The notes beneath the pieces were generated by a model that was given only the letters and a program-made list of their open reading frames with translations, was not told the DNA's origin and ran no database searches. Shown in pieces: positions 49,794 to 62,000 of a DNA stretch of 64,000 nucleotides. The DNA comes from Okamejei kenojei (taxonomy: Eukaryota). Both the position numbers and the translations under genes were made by a program. Numbering within the stretch: position 1 is the first letter of the stretch; each line of letters begins with the position of its first letter. The stretch is from contig CM069140.1 of NCBI GenBank assembly GCA_035221665.1, forward strand, positions 42,904,001 to 42,968,000, given 5' to 3'.

Positions 49794-52270
49794 TGTTCTC
49801 ACACTGGTTAGGGTATAAGCATCTTTAATGTTCAGCTCATCATCACATAAGCAGTACATCATCAAACATTCAGTCTACTGCAGCTACTGAAGACAGTATA
49901 AAGCATGCATTAGGCGGAGTTATAATTACTAAGCATTCTGATTGGCTAACATGCAATAGCCAATCTACATCTCTTCTTGTAGAAATTAAAAAGCAACTAA
50001 GGCACTTTAAACGGTAAGCTGAGGGAATAATAGTAGGGTTAAACAAAATCGGCATATCTAATGGGTGGCCTACTAACTCGCCCGGTCCTCATGCGGAAGG
50101 CGGCCTCATTACCCATTTCTTCCGAAAAGATGGGGGCTGGGGTAGGTAATACCGTGGGCCTGTGGGGCGAGACCGCCGTGGGGGAACCGACGCGGGGAGC
50201 CCGGGGTACCGGTAACAACAGGAGACGCAGGGGCAGACCGCCGTGGGGAGTGGGCAGACTTGGCCGCAGCAAGTGGTGGAACAGCTGCAACAGGCGTTGG
50301 TGTGAGCACAAGCGGTGGGGCATCAGGACCCGGGGGCGCCAGAAGAAAAGGGTAATTAGGCCCCCTTCCGCACGAAGACTGGGCGGGTTAGCAGGCCACC
50401 CATTAGATATGGTGATTTTATTTAAACCCACTATTATTCCCTCAGCTTACCATTTAAAGTGCCTTAGTTGCTTTTTCTTGGTGGTTACGACCATGGTGGA
50501 GACCCAGTCAGAGGATTCGCTGACCTCGGCAATGGCTCCATTGGAGACCATGCATTTAAGTTTGGCGTGTATTTTCTCCCGCAGGCCATGGGGCCGCGGT
50601 GGGGCGCGAACTATTGGTGTTACAGCATGATCTACAGTGATCTTGCATATCGTAGGCAGCTTGCCAAGTTTGTCGGCAAACAGGTCTTTGTACTGGGATA
50701 GCATCTGCTGTGTTGGTTCCTCTGTCAGGCAGAGTTTGTGGACAGCACTCCCGAAATAAACCAGCCCCAGGTCAAGGCATGCATTGATGCCAAGCAGGGT
50801 TTCAGAGTTAGGTTGGACAATGTAAAACATCAGGTTTTTATTTAGCTCGTTGACGATGCATTTTAAATCAGCTTTATCCAATTCCCCGCCGTAGGCATGT
50901 AGGGTGGAGGAGTCCTTTTTCATTAGTTCAGTGGTCCTTATCTTGTTGAACTCCCTGAGTGACATTACGTTCACCTTTGCACCAGTGTCGACCATGGCGG
51001 TCATAGCCTTGTTGTTTATTACCATGGTCACCGCAGGATCCAGTAGCTTGCCAGAGGAGTGCAGGAGGGACAGCACGGCTGAGTAGTTGTCTGTGTTATC
51101 GGAATCATATTCGTGGGAAACATTGTCTTCCTCTTGGGATAAGAGTCAGGCAGCTCTTGTTGAAGCAGGTGCAGATTTGTCCTTGAAGCAGTGTTCCCAC
51201 GAGATCGACAACATGTGGTAAAATGATTAAGCTTCTTGCAGTTGCAACAAACTTTCCCATGGGCGACACAAAACTGGCGCCCCCTAGAGTGGAAATAATT
51301 GCAGTTGGGGCACCTTGTGGCAGGCATATTGGGATCATTGCGAGACGCGTTTAAGAATTTCTGCGGAGAGTAGTTAGCTAGATTTACGTTATATTGCTGT
51401 TGAGGGCTGGCAGGGTCAAAATCTGCTAGTGGAGCCACGGTCTCTGCCATTCGACACGAATGAGTGGCTTGTTCTAAAGTCAGTTCAGCATTCCGAAGCA
51501 GTTCAGCTCTTAGCTTGCGGTCGCTCATTCCTCCCACAATTTTATCGCGTACAAGCTCGTTAGTCAACTCACCGAAGTGGCACCATGTAGCCATGTGTTG
51601 TAAATCGCTGATAAATCACTCGACAGGTTCATCGATCTGCTGCTGTCGGGCGAAGAATCATGTTCTCTCGAGGATGCGGTTCGAGGGCAGTTTGCATAGT
51701 TCTCTAAACTTTCCCAGTAGGACCGTAGGATCGATAGTTTCAGCTGGCACCAGGACCTGACCATTCGCATCAAGGTGTGCTGGGGCGAATTCAAAGTTAT
51801 CTGCACGAATCATTGCTTCCGGACCCGCTAGATTGAGTAGTAGCGATGCCTTCAGATTGTCGTGATCGTTCCAGTGAACAATGCGGATATAGTGAGCATA
51901 GCCACGCTCAAACATTCGCCAACGCTCGGCTATGTCAGAATCAAACACAAGGGGACTTGGCTTTCAGCAGGAGTTGGCCATGTCGTCAAAATCAATCACA
52001 AATAAAAACTGATAAAAGAAAATAAATCGCAATTAACAGACGAGGGTTGGACCCAGTTTTCTGTCACCATGTAAGCACCTCACTCTCAAACTGGTTAGGG
52101 TATAAGCATCTTTAATGTTCAGCTCATCATCACATAAGCAGTACATCATACATTCAGTCTACTGCAGCTACTGAATACAGTAGGCAAGTTCTTACACTAT
52201 AAAGCATGCAATGGGCAGAGTTATAAATACTAAGCATTCTGATTGGCTAACATGCAATAGCCAATCTACA
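49794..52270 (-). mobile_element. non-autonomous Gypsy LTR retrotransposon (gag + protease only)
   Basis: LTRs 52070-52270 and 49794-49969 (TGT..ACA); PBS TGGTGACAGAA (tRNA-Leu-like); PPT AAGAAGAGA; gag with CCHC-like knuckles; protease VDTGA; RT, RH and IN cores absent; short (A)GAC target duplication. Confidence 0.9.
50447..51981 (-). pseudogene. Gypsy gag-protease pseudogene
   Basis: ATG 51981, early stop and frameshifts; FGELTNELVRDKIVGG, CCNCKKLNHFTTCC, AMVDTGAKVNVM; RT start SDWVSTMVV then truncated. Confidence 0.85.
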
Positions 52271-52939
52271 GACAAAATAATGAAATTCGTTGCAGGCAGT
52301 GAGTCGAAGAAGCAAATGAGCATTCGAAAAATCATGAAAGATGGTAAGAGTGCTGAGCACGATCAAGTGATGATGGAATGTTTTTGACAATGTTCTTAGT
52401 GATGGAGTGGACTTGTCGGGTAGCATGTTAATAGACAGACTAAGTTATTCCATAAAGAACTTAAATTACAACATGAGTGTGACTATAGTGAAGGATGGCT
52501 TTAAAGGTTTAAGATACGTCATGGAATTTGGTCCATCTGTTGTTCCAGCAAAATGGATTATCCGGCAAGACTCTGGAACCAAGGGTGCGAGAAAATCGGT
52601 GGCGTACCTGTAATCCTAACAAAAATCTGATCAAAGCCAGGTTTGAAATGTTTAATTAAACGAGCTACAATGGCTTTTTTTGGGAAAGGTGTTCCAGATT
52701 TTCTCACCCCCAATTGACCTAGTCCCTATTTTAACATAATGATCTCTTGCTCAGAAATAATGAGGTGAAATTCTTTATGATTTGTTTCATGCAAGATATT
52801 GTATAATCATGTCGAAGTATCCTATTTATTTTTCTTTCATGTGCTCCTCAAGATTATCCTTGAGTTGATTTTGTTGATTTCAACCACTCCCTGTGGTAGC
52901 GAGTTTCATATTCTTAAATATATATCTGGTTAAATAATC

Positions 52940-54168
52940 TTTTTTTTTTGTAAAATATTTTTATTAGAAGTAATTACATATTAAGAAATAATATAAGATC
53001 AAAGACAAAGAAAAAAATATTATCGTCACATAATTCTTAATATTTTAAACTTTTACAGTCACTCTTATCTATACTTCAATATATATATTTTTTATTTTAT
53101 AACAGTAGGAAATAGGTAATAAAGAGAAAAAGAGATAAAAAGAGATAACTTAATGAGTGGAGTATTAAACAAGATATTCTTCATTGGAGATATATTCATG
53201 ATCTATTGTATATAATTCTTCATCTATTCATTCATTCAGGCTTCAGTCATGGACTCGAACCGGACCATCTTAACCCTTTAAATATTCAATAAATGGAGAC
53301 CATATTCCTCTGAATTGATCCAACCTGTCCATCAGGACAAGTCTTAGTCGTTCCAGATGAAGTGTCTCCGACATTTCTGTAATCCATATTTTAATTGTAG
53401 GGGAAATGGGACCTTTCCAAAATCTTAGTATAAATTTTTTACCAATTATTAAACTATAACCAATAAAAATTATTTGTTGTGTTGTTAATATCTGATTCGT
53501 TTCTAGTATTCCCAATATGATTAATTTTGAATCTGGAATTAAATTAGCATTAACTACAATTGAGATTATTTTAAACATTTCCATCCAAAAATTAGTAATT
53601 TTTATACATTTTGTAAATAAATGCGTTAAATTAGCTTCTAATTGTTGACATTTATCGCATATCGCGGAAACATTTGAGAAAATTCTATTTAATTTAGATT
53701 TTGAGAGATGTAATCTATGTATAACTTTAAATTGTATCAAGGAGTGTCTGGCATTTAATGAACAGTGATGTATATGTTGTAAACTTTCATTCCATACTTC
53801 TCTACTAATTACTTGACCTAATTCGTTTTCCCATGCTTGTCTATATTTATCCGTATTTGGTAGATCATTTTCCAGAAGATATTATAGATATATGATATTA
53901 ATTTTTCTGTATTCGGATGTTTATTTAGACATTCATCTAAAATTTCTGTCTTTCTATTCCTAAAATCTATTGTATTTGATTTAACATAATCTCTAATTTG
54001 TAGATATCTAAAATATTCTTTGGAATGTAATCCATAATTTTGTTGTAATTCCTGAAATGAGAAAAATAAACTTTCCCTGTAGAGATCGCCAATCTTATTT
54101 ATTCCATAGTTCTTCCATTTTAAAAAACCTTTATCCATCAATGAAGGTTTAAAAGAAATATTGTTTAC
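52940..54168 (-). mobile_element. L1/Tx1-clade LINE, 5'-truncated
   Basis: IQFKVIHRLHLSK..ICDKC..HLFTKC..WSPF; poly-T at left; TSD TATCTGGTTAAATA (52923-52936, 54169-54182). Confidence 0.85.
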
Positions 54169-54231
54169 TATCTGGTTAAATATCTGAGTTTCCCATTGGA
54201 TTTCCCAGTGATTGTTGTATGCATAACCCTC

Positions 54232-54530
54232 GCGGCAGCATGGTGATGCATCTGTTGCCTCACTGCTCCAACAGGTCATGTTCAATCCTGATCATTGACA
54301 TTGTCTGTGGGAAATTTGCAGGTTCCCCTTGTGACAACATGGGTTACCACCCACATCACAAGGATGTGCAAGTTAGTAGATTAAGTGGCTGTTGAAATTG
54401 GCTCTAATGCAAATGAGTGGTAGAATCTGGAGGGAACTGATGTGGATGGAGGGGGAAATAAAATTGTGTTAGTGTAAGTAGGTACCTGATTGCTAGTATG
54501 GACTCAGTGGGTTGAAAGCTGAGTTCGATG
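54232..54530 (+). mobile_element. degenerate HE1-like V-SINE
   Basis: GGCAGCATGGTG..GTTGCCTCACTGCTCCA..GTTCAATCCTGA head and CCCACATC.CAAG V-domain. Confidence 0.6.
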
Positions 54531-55204
54531 ACTGCAGTTTTAGATTTTTCCCATCACTGGAAGCACTTATGGCCACTCGATCAATACTTTATATTACCTT
54601 GATATCCACTATCAGTCCACTTCTCGATGTTACTTTAAAATTGTTGCCCATCATCATTTGATAAGTATATACTGTCAGTTTTGATATAATTCCCATAAAT
54701 CTTTTTTTACACCTATCCAAAAGCCTATTTTTTAGAATCAGAATAGCAAAGCTGTGCTGAGGTTTTCGACTGTTTCAGTAGCATTTGATACCTGACTAAT
54801 TTCACTGCTGAAATTGATCTGTGCTTGGAATGCATTTGTATTGCCAGCAATCTCCATCATTAACCTTTGGTGGTTGGTGTACCTTGGGGTTCCTTGCTCT
54901 ATAACATTAATGTATACTTCCTTCTTTAATATATACTAACCTGCATTTCTTTATTTTGAAATGCGTTTGCTAATTACATATCTCCATTTGGTAGTCATCT
55001 TATTTTTTTATGACTTAAGAATTTTAGATATTTGTCAGTAGTTTGTCAATATATGTCCAGTTGTGCTCAAAGGAACTGATGCAATTATCTTGCTCTAAAT
55101 TGTAACTGGAGCAATTAATGCTTTGCTGTATATTTCAAATATAGAGAGATGACTGCCACAAACTTTGGGTAACTATTACTTCATCTACAAATGTTGTTTT
55201 AGAG

Positions 55205-55520
55205 TAATGCAGCGATACAACATGGAAATGGGTCTTTCAGCTCACTGAGTCTATGCTGACCATCAACCACTCATTTACACGAGTCCCATGCCAAAACCAC
55301 ATTCTCATCAACTCCCCCATATTCTACCCACACCTATACATTAGGAGCAAGTTACTGAGGCCAATTAACCTCCAACCCACACATATTTGGGATGTGGGAG
55401 GAAATTTAAGCACCCCGAGGAAACCCATGTAGTCACAAGGAGAAAGTGCAAACTCCACAAAGACAAAAGACAAAGTCAGAATTGAACCTCAGGCATCAAT
55501 ACTGTGAGGTAGCAGCTCTA
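55205..55520 (-). mobile_element. degenerate HE1-like V-SINE
   Basis: GGGATGTGGGAGGAAA..GCACCCCGAGGAAACCCATG..TGCAAACTCCACA in reverse. Confidence 0.65.
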
Positions 55521-55840
55521 CTAGTCCAAATATGTGTGGGTTTGAGGTACTCAGAAGCATTTGCTGATTTACACAAAGTTTGGCATAGGGGGCTGCTAGT
55601 CTTTGTTTACGAGTATATTATGCAGATTTTGGATTTTCCATAAGATTCCATTGCAATACAAACCCCCCTGTTAATGCCATATTCTCAATTCATGGTATGA
55701 ATTCCACTATCCACCACAATTTCCGGTTGTGCAGATTGTCTGAGCTGCGCATGGAAATCAGCAATAAGTACTAACAACTTAACACAGGTAGCACATTCTG
55801 CCTATTGGCATCTTATAAATTCACACATTCCTCCTGGATA

Positions 55841-57216
55841 CAGTGCATTCAGAAAGTATTCAGACACCTTCACTTTTTCCACATTTTGTTGCTTTACAGC
55901 ATTTGAAAATTGATTAAATTATTTTATTATCATCAATCTACACACAATACCCCAGAATGAAGAAGCGAAAAAAGGTAAGGCACACACCTGTCCATATAAG
56001 GTCCCACAGTTGACAGTGCATGTCAGAGCAAAAACCAAGCCAAGAAGACGAAGAAATTGTCCGTAGACTTCCAAGGCAAGATTGCGTCGAGACACAGATC
56101 TGGGGAAGGGTATAAAACAATTTCTGCACCATTGCAGGTCCCGAAGAGCACAGTTGCCTCTGTCATTCTTAAATGGAAGAACTTTGGAACCACCAGGACT
56201 CTTCATAGAGCTGGCCGCAATCGGGGGAGAAAGGCCTTGGTCAGGGAGGTGACCAACACCCCCCCGATGGTCACTCTGACAGCTCCAGAGTTCCCCTGTG
56301 AAGATGGGAGAACCTTCCAGAAGGACAACTATATCTGCAGCACTCCACCAATTAGGCCTTTCTGGTAGAGTGGCTGGACGGAAGCCAATACTCAGTAAAA
56401 GGCACTTGACAGCCCACTTGGAGTTTGCCAAAAGGCATGAGAAACAAGACTCTCTGGTCTGATAAAACCAAGTTTAACTCTTTGGCCTGAATGCGAAACA
56501 TCACGTCTGGAGTAAACTGCTCATCACCTGGCCAATACCATACCTACGGTGAGCAGCATCATGCTGTGGAGATGTTTTTCAGCGGCAGGAGCTGGAAGAC
56601 TAGTCAGGATTGAGGGAAAGATGAATGGAGCAAAGTACAGAGAGAACCTTGATGAAAACCTGCTCCAGAGCATTCTGGACCTCAGACTGGGGCAGAGGTC
56701 CATCTTCCACAGGACAACGACCCTAAGCACACAGCCACGACAATGCAGGAGTGGCTTCATGACAAGTCTGTAAATGTTCTTTAGTGGCCCAGCCAGTGCC
56801 CGGACTTGAACCCGATCAAACATCTATGGAGGGACCTGAAAATAGCTGTGCATCGAAGCTCCCCATCCAACCTGACAGAGCTTGAGAGGATCTGCAGAGA
56901 TGAATGGGAGAAATTACCCAAATACAGGTGTGCCAAGCTTGTAGTGAATTACCCAAGAAGACTGTAATCATTGCCAAAGGTGCCTCAACTAAGTACTGAG
57001 TAAATGGTCTGAATACTTATGTAAATGTGATATTTCAGTTATTTATTTTTAATTACTTTGCAAACATTTCTAACCACTTGTTTTTGCTTGTTTTGTTATG
57101 GGATATTGTATGTAGATTGATGATTAAAAAGAAAAGAATGTAATCCATTTTTGAATAAGGCTGTAACATAAAATGTGGAAAAAGTGAAGGGGTCTGAATA
57201 CTTTCTGAATGCATTG
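55841..57216 (+). mobile_element. Tc1 DNA transposon (second IR-DR family), internally deleted
   Basis: TA flanks; TIRs CAGTGCATTCAGAAAGTATTCAGAC; degenerate transposase [43 protein letters not shown]. Confidence 0.9.
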
Positions 57217-57284
57217 TAGGAACTGTACTTTCCAATTAAGTGAAGCACTATTCTTGACATTGTAGTTTGAATACCTGATTTCAA

Positions 57285-58807
57285 ATCATATAACCATATA
57301 ACAATTACAGCACGAAAACAGGCCCTCTCGGCCATTCCAGTCTGTGCCGACCATTTGTTTTCCCCTAGTCCCATCTACCTGCACTCAGACCATACCCCTC
57401 CATTCCCTTCCCGTCCATATACCTATTCACTTTACTTTTAAATGTTAAAATCAATCCTGCCTCCACCACTTCTGCTGGAAGCTCATTCCACACAGCCACC
57501 ACCCTCTGAGTAAAGAAATTCCCCCTCACGTTACCCCTAAACTTCTGTCCCTTAATTCTCATGTCATGCCCTCTTGTTTGAATCCTCCCTACCCTCAATG
57601 GGAAAAGCTTATCCACGTCAACTCTGTCTATCCCTTTCATCATTTTAAAGACCTTAATCAAGTCCCCCCTTAACCTTCTGCGCTCCAAAGAATAAAGACC
57701 TAACTTGTTCAACCTTTCTCTGTAAGATAGTTGCTGGAACCCAGGCAACATTCTAGTAAATCTCCTCTGTACTATTTTGTTGACATCCTTCCTATAATTA
57801 GGTGACCAAAATTGTACACCATACTCCAGAATTGGTCTTACCAATGCCTTGTACAATTTTAACATTACCTCCCTACTCCTATATTCAATGCTCTGAATTA
57901 TAAAAGGCCAGCACACCAAAGGCTTTCTTTACCACCCTTTCTACATGTGATTCCACCTTCAGGGAACTATGCACAGTTATTCCTAGATCTCTCTGTTCCA
58001 CAGCATTCATCAATTCCCTACCATTTACCATGTATGTCCTATTTTGATTTGTCCTGCCAAGATGTAGCACTTCACACTTATCAGCATTAAACTCTATCTG
58101 CCATCTGTCAGCCCACTTTTCCAAATGGCCCAAATCTCTCTGTAGACTTTGAAAATCTACTTCATTATCCACAACACCGCCTATCTTAGTATCATCTGCA
58201 TACTTACTTATCCAATTTTCCACCCCATCATCCAGATCATTGATGTACATGACAAACAACAGTGGATCCAACACAGATCCCTGAGGCACCCCACTGGTCA
58301 CCGGCTTCCAACCTGACAAACAGCCATCCACCATTACTCTCTGACATCTCCCATTCAGCCACTGTTGAATCCATCTTGCTACTCTGCCATTAACACCCAA
58401 AGATTGAACCTTCTTAACCAACCTTTCATGGGGAACCTTGTCAAAGGCCTTATTGAAATCCATATAGACAACATCCACTGCTTTACCCTCATCAATTTCC
58501 CTAGTAACCGCTTCAAAAAATTCAAGGTTTGTCAAACATGACCTTCCAGGCACAAATCCATGTTGACTGTTCCTGATCAGACCCTGTTTATCCAGATGCT
58601 TATATATATTATCTCTAAGTATCCTTTCCATTAATTTGCCCACCACTGATGTCAAACTAACAGGTCTATAATTGCTAGGTTTATTCTTTGAACCCTTGTT
58701 AAACAATGGAACAACATGCGCAGTACGCCAATCCTCCGGCACTATTCCTGTTTCTAATGACATTTGAAATATTTCTGTCATAGCTCCTGCTATTCCTACA
58801 CTAACTA
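57285..58807 (-). mobile_element. CR1 (HER1-like) LINE, RT and 3' end
   Basis: NYRPVSLTSVVGK, QHGF, VYMDFNKAFDKVPH, GVPQGSVL, YADD; one frameshift at ~57900; ends abruptly at ~58807. Confidence 0.93.
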
Positions 58808-59099
58808 ACAAACCATCCTTTGTCAGTTTAAATAATGATGCCTTTCCTAATTTTGTCAATGTGACGTCATTAGATACCAATTCGAGATGGTATCCATGAT
58901 TTTTTTTTTTTTCCTTTTCCATTTCCTAATCTATTTATATTGAAGATAATCATAGCCCATCATTGTTAAGAGCTTTTCAAACTCAAATATTGGCCACAAG
59001 TTTGAGGTTGCCAAAGAAGAGCAGGTACTTACCATTCATCATAAAGTAAATGCCCAACAAGCTTTCAACAACTGGAAGTGGTAATTTTTTTATCCAAAT

Positions 59100-62000
59100 G
59101 CCCTTATGGAAACCCGACACGACCCACCACACCTAGGTAGACACCGAGACAGTACACCCCACCTCCCAGAATAATACAGGACAGCCACGCATACCCCCAG
59201 CACCATCCTACTATAGGCGCGTCATACGGTGGCCCGCGCCCACCACGCAGGAACACACCCCAAACCTATCCCCAGATCAAATCCCCCACCGTCAATACTC
59301 CCCCACCCCCTAATTCTCAGCCGCCCATAACAACCCGCGGATACCCCATCCCCCAGCCCCCCATCCCACAACCCCATACCACAACCAACCACCCACCCAC
59401 GGCATCCGGCGCTCCAAAAAACCCAAAAAAAAACCTATCAGGCCCCCCATCACCCACTTACCTCCCAATTTCGCCGCCTCACGTAAAACTTCATCATTCA
59501 ATTCCCGTCCTCCCCCCCTGCCCATAGCCCACCAACCTTTCTCCTCCCCCCTTTGTATCTCACCCGTTCATCATCCCCCCCCCCTCCCCCATCACCCTTC
59601 CTCCCTACCCCCACCCTCCCCATTCCCCAAAATCACCCGCACAACCAAACCCCATCTACACCCCCCCACAGTCCCTCCCTCCATTAACATAAAAAATCGC
59701 TCCAAAACCAGTTAAATTCGAACCCTTCAGGCTATATATACATTTCAGGTGGCCAACCATAATCCCTAGGTCCACAGGACCACAGTCCAATCGTCAGCTT
59801 TGCCCCACCTGATACCTGCTCCACAAGCCAAAATTGCTTTCCCCAAGCACCCCAGTTTTACCCCACCTTTATCCCGCAACTACCTAAACCCCTTCCTCCC
59901 ATTCCCCACCACAAATAACCCATCCCCCCTACACATATTTAGCTTTCCCGCTGTGCATCCTTCATCTCCCACCCCCCCCTCCTCCCTACCAATCCCAATT
60001 CCAACGTATTATCCCATTTCGCCCACTTCCAATTTCACTATTACCCATTTCCACTTCCTCAATCTTCCACTCCACCTATAATATCCCTTCCATTACTAAC
60101 CTCGGCCTTGCCCTCCTACCCCGATCCTCCCCCATAGTAATTACCATACCCCACGTTCAATTCTAGGTTAGTCTCACCCATCCCTCCAACAATGATTCCA
60201 CCCTTCCCGTCCATCTTATACACCGCCTCCTCCTCTCCTCCCACGCCGCCCCGGTTAAAATTCTCCTCTGTTCCCTCCATTTATTCTCCCCCTCCGCCAT
60301 CCCATGGCCCCTGCGACCCATACGCCCCATCCCCCATCTGCCACCAACTAATTACTTACCCTTCCCATCCCAATATTGGACATTTCCTAGCACCTAATAC
60401 AACCCCCCAGCTGTGGCTCCCCGACTCCGCCCATCCATACTAAAAAAACCCTCCCCGCCCACCACCTCCATCCTAAATCACCATCCGGGCATCCCTCAAG
60501 CCGACTCAAACGCCATGGCCCCACCACCGAAACGACCGCCCCCTCAACGTTCCTAAAGGTTCGTTCCCATACCACCAAGCCCCATCATTCTCTTAGTCCC
60601 AATTCCTCTCTAATATCAAAACTCCAAAACACACCAAACCTGTTCCTGTCTACGTCCCCAATCCCCCCCCACCCCCCCATAAACACCCATACAAAATCGC
60701 ACCCCATAACCTTTTCTTCATCCCGCCCCCCCCACACTCGCTCACTCCACCACTCCACCCCTGCCAATCCCACCTCCTAAAACACCCAGAGGTGCAGCCC
60801 CTGAAACAAGTCTTCCGATGGCCATCCTCCCCCTGCCTATAATCCCTGGGGGGACCTATCCACGACTATATCTCGCTCGTACCCTCCCGCCATGTGAAAT
60901 CCACCACCAAGGAACCCCCTGCCCTGTACCGTTTATTCTTTCAGCGCCGACATCGTGCTACCCCTCGTTTCTATGTTCCCATCTCCCTGCTTCCCTGCAT
61001 CTTCCCTCATATTCATTATTTATGCTCACCGACCCAATCCCCGATTCTGCCGCATCTGGTCCCCTTCAATATTAATCCTTACGCGTCCACTATTCCAACC
61101 CCTAACCGTCCACCTTCCATACCCCATAAAATAGCTTCGCGCGGATTATTAGCTTCCCCTCCGACCCCTCCAGCCGCTCCTTAACACAGACCCAACCCCT
61201 GTGGAAACTCAACACCCATTGCACCTCCTTGAAACGCGGGCCCATCTCCCACTGCCGACCCAAGTCCAGGCCCCCCTCCCGCCCACTTGAGGACCCCAAC
61301 ACAAGGCTTCCAATCACAACAATCTCATCACACACATCTCAACCAGCCCATAAAATAGAGGCCCCATGGGGTACGGGCCGGGGGGGCCTCAGGAATGTGT
61401 ACTCATTGAAAAGTGCTGTCCACAACCACCCGCCCCAGAAACAGTCCTACACTGACCATAACCGACTAACAACATCCCACACCTCCCACCATATACTAGT
61501 TGTATTGCCCGCCCCCACTCGAATCACCCCGTGCTGCAAGTAACACCATCAAGGGCAGGAATGAGGATAAGCACACCACCGCCGCTCCATGCCCTTCCAA
61601 CCATACACCCTCGAACCCAATTCACCTGATCAATCCCACCCCCATCCACGTACCTGTCCCAAATACCCAACCAAATCTACACGGGGCTCTCTGAAAACCG
61701 CACCGCCCCCTGCCCTACATCCCAATCTTACCCTGGCAACCCACATTATGCCACCATCTCACGAACCCCTCTTACAACAGCCACCCACCACACAGCCCAC
61801 CCTCCAATAACCTCACCCCAGCCCAATAAGACACCCCCACGACCATGACCTATACCAATACGACCATGCCACACACAACCACTTCCACAACCTAGACCAT
61901 ACCCCGCGCCCCACAGCACATATTCCCCCCAATCCCCCAAGGCTTTACCCAAAAACCCACACACCCCGAAGCGACCCGCAACCCCCGACATCGACACGGA

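Larger units (their letters stand above)
49388..52610 (+). mobile_element. Tigger/pogo DNA transposon (degenerate, internally deleted), interrupted by a Gypsy element
   Basis: TA flanks; imperfect TIRs CAATTAAACCACTGATTTTC / GAAAATCGGTGGCGTACCTG; CENP-B-type HTH: ISIQDKGELLKQLDRGVSV..TVYDIRKQRD|KIMKF..YSEGW..RFKIRHGI. Confidence 0.75.
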
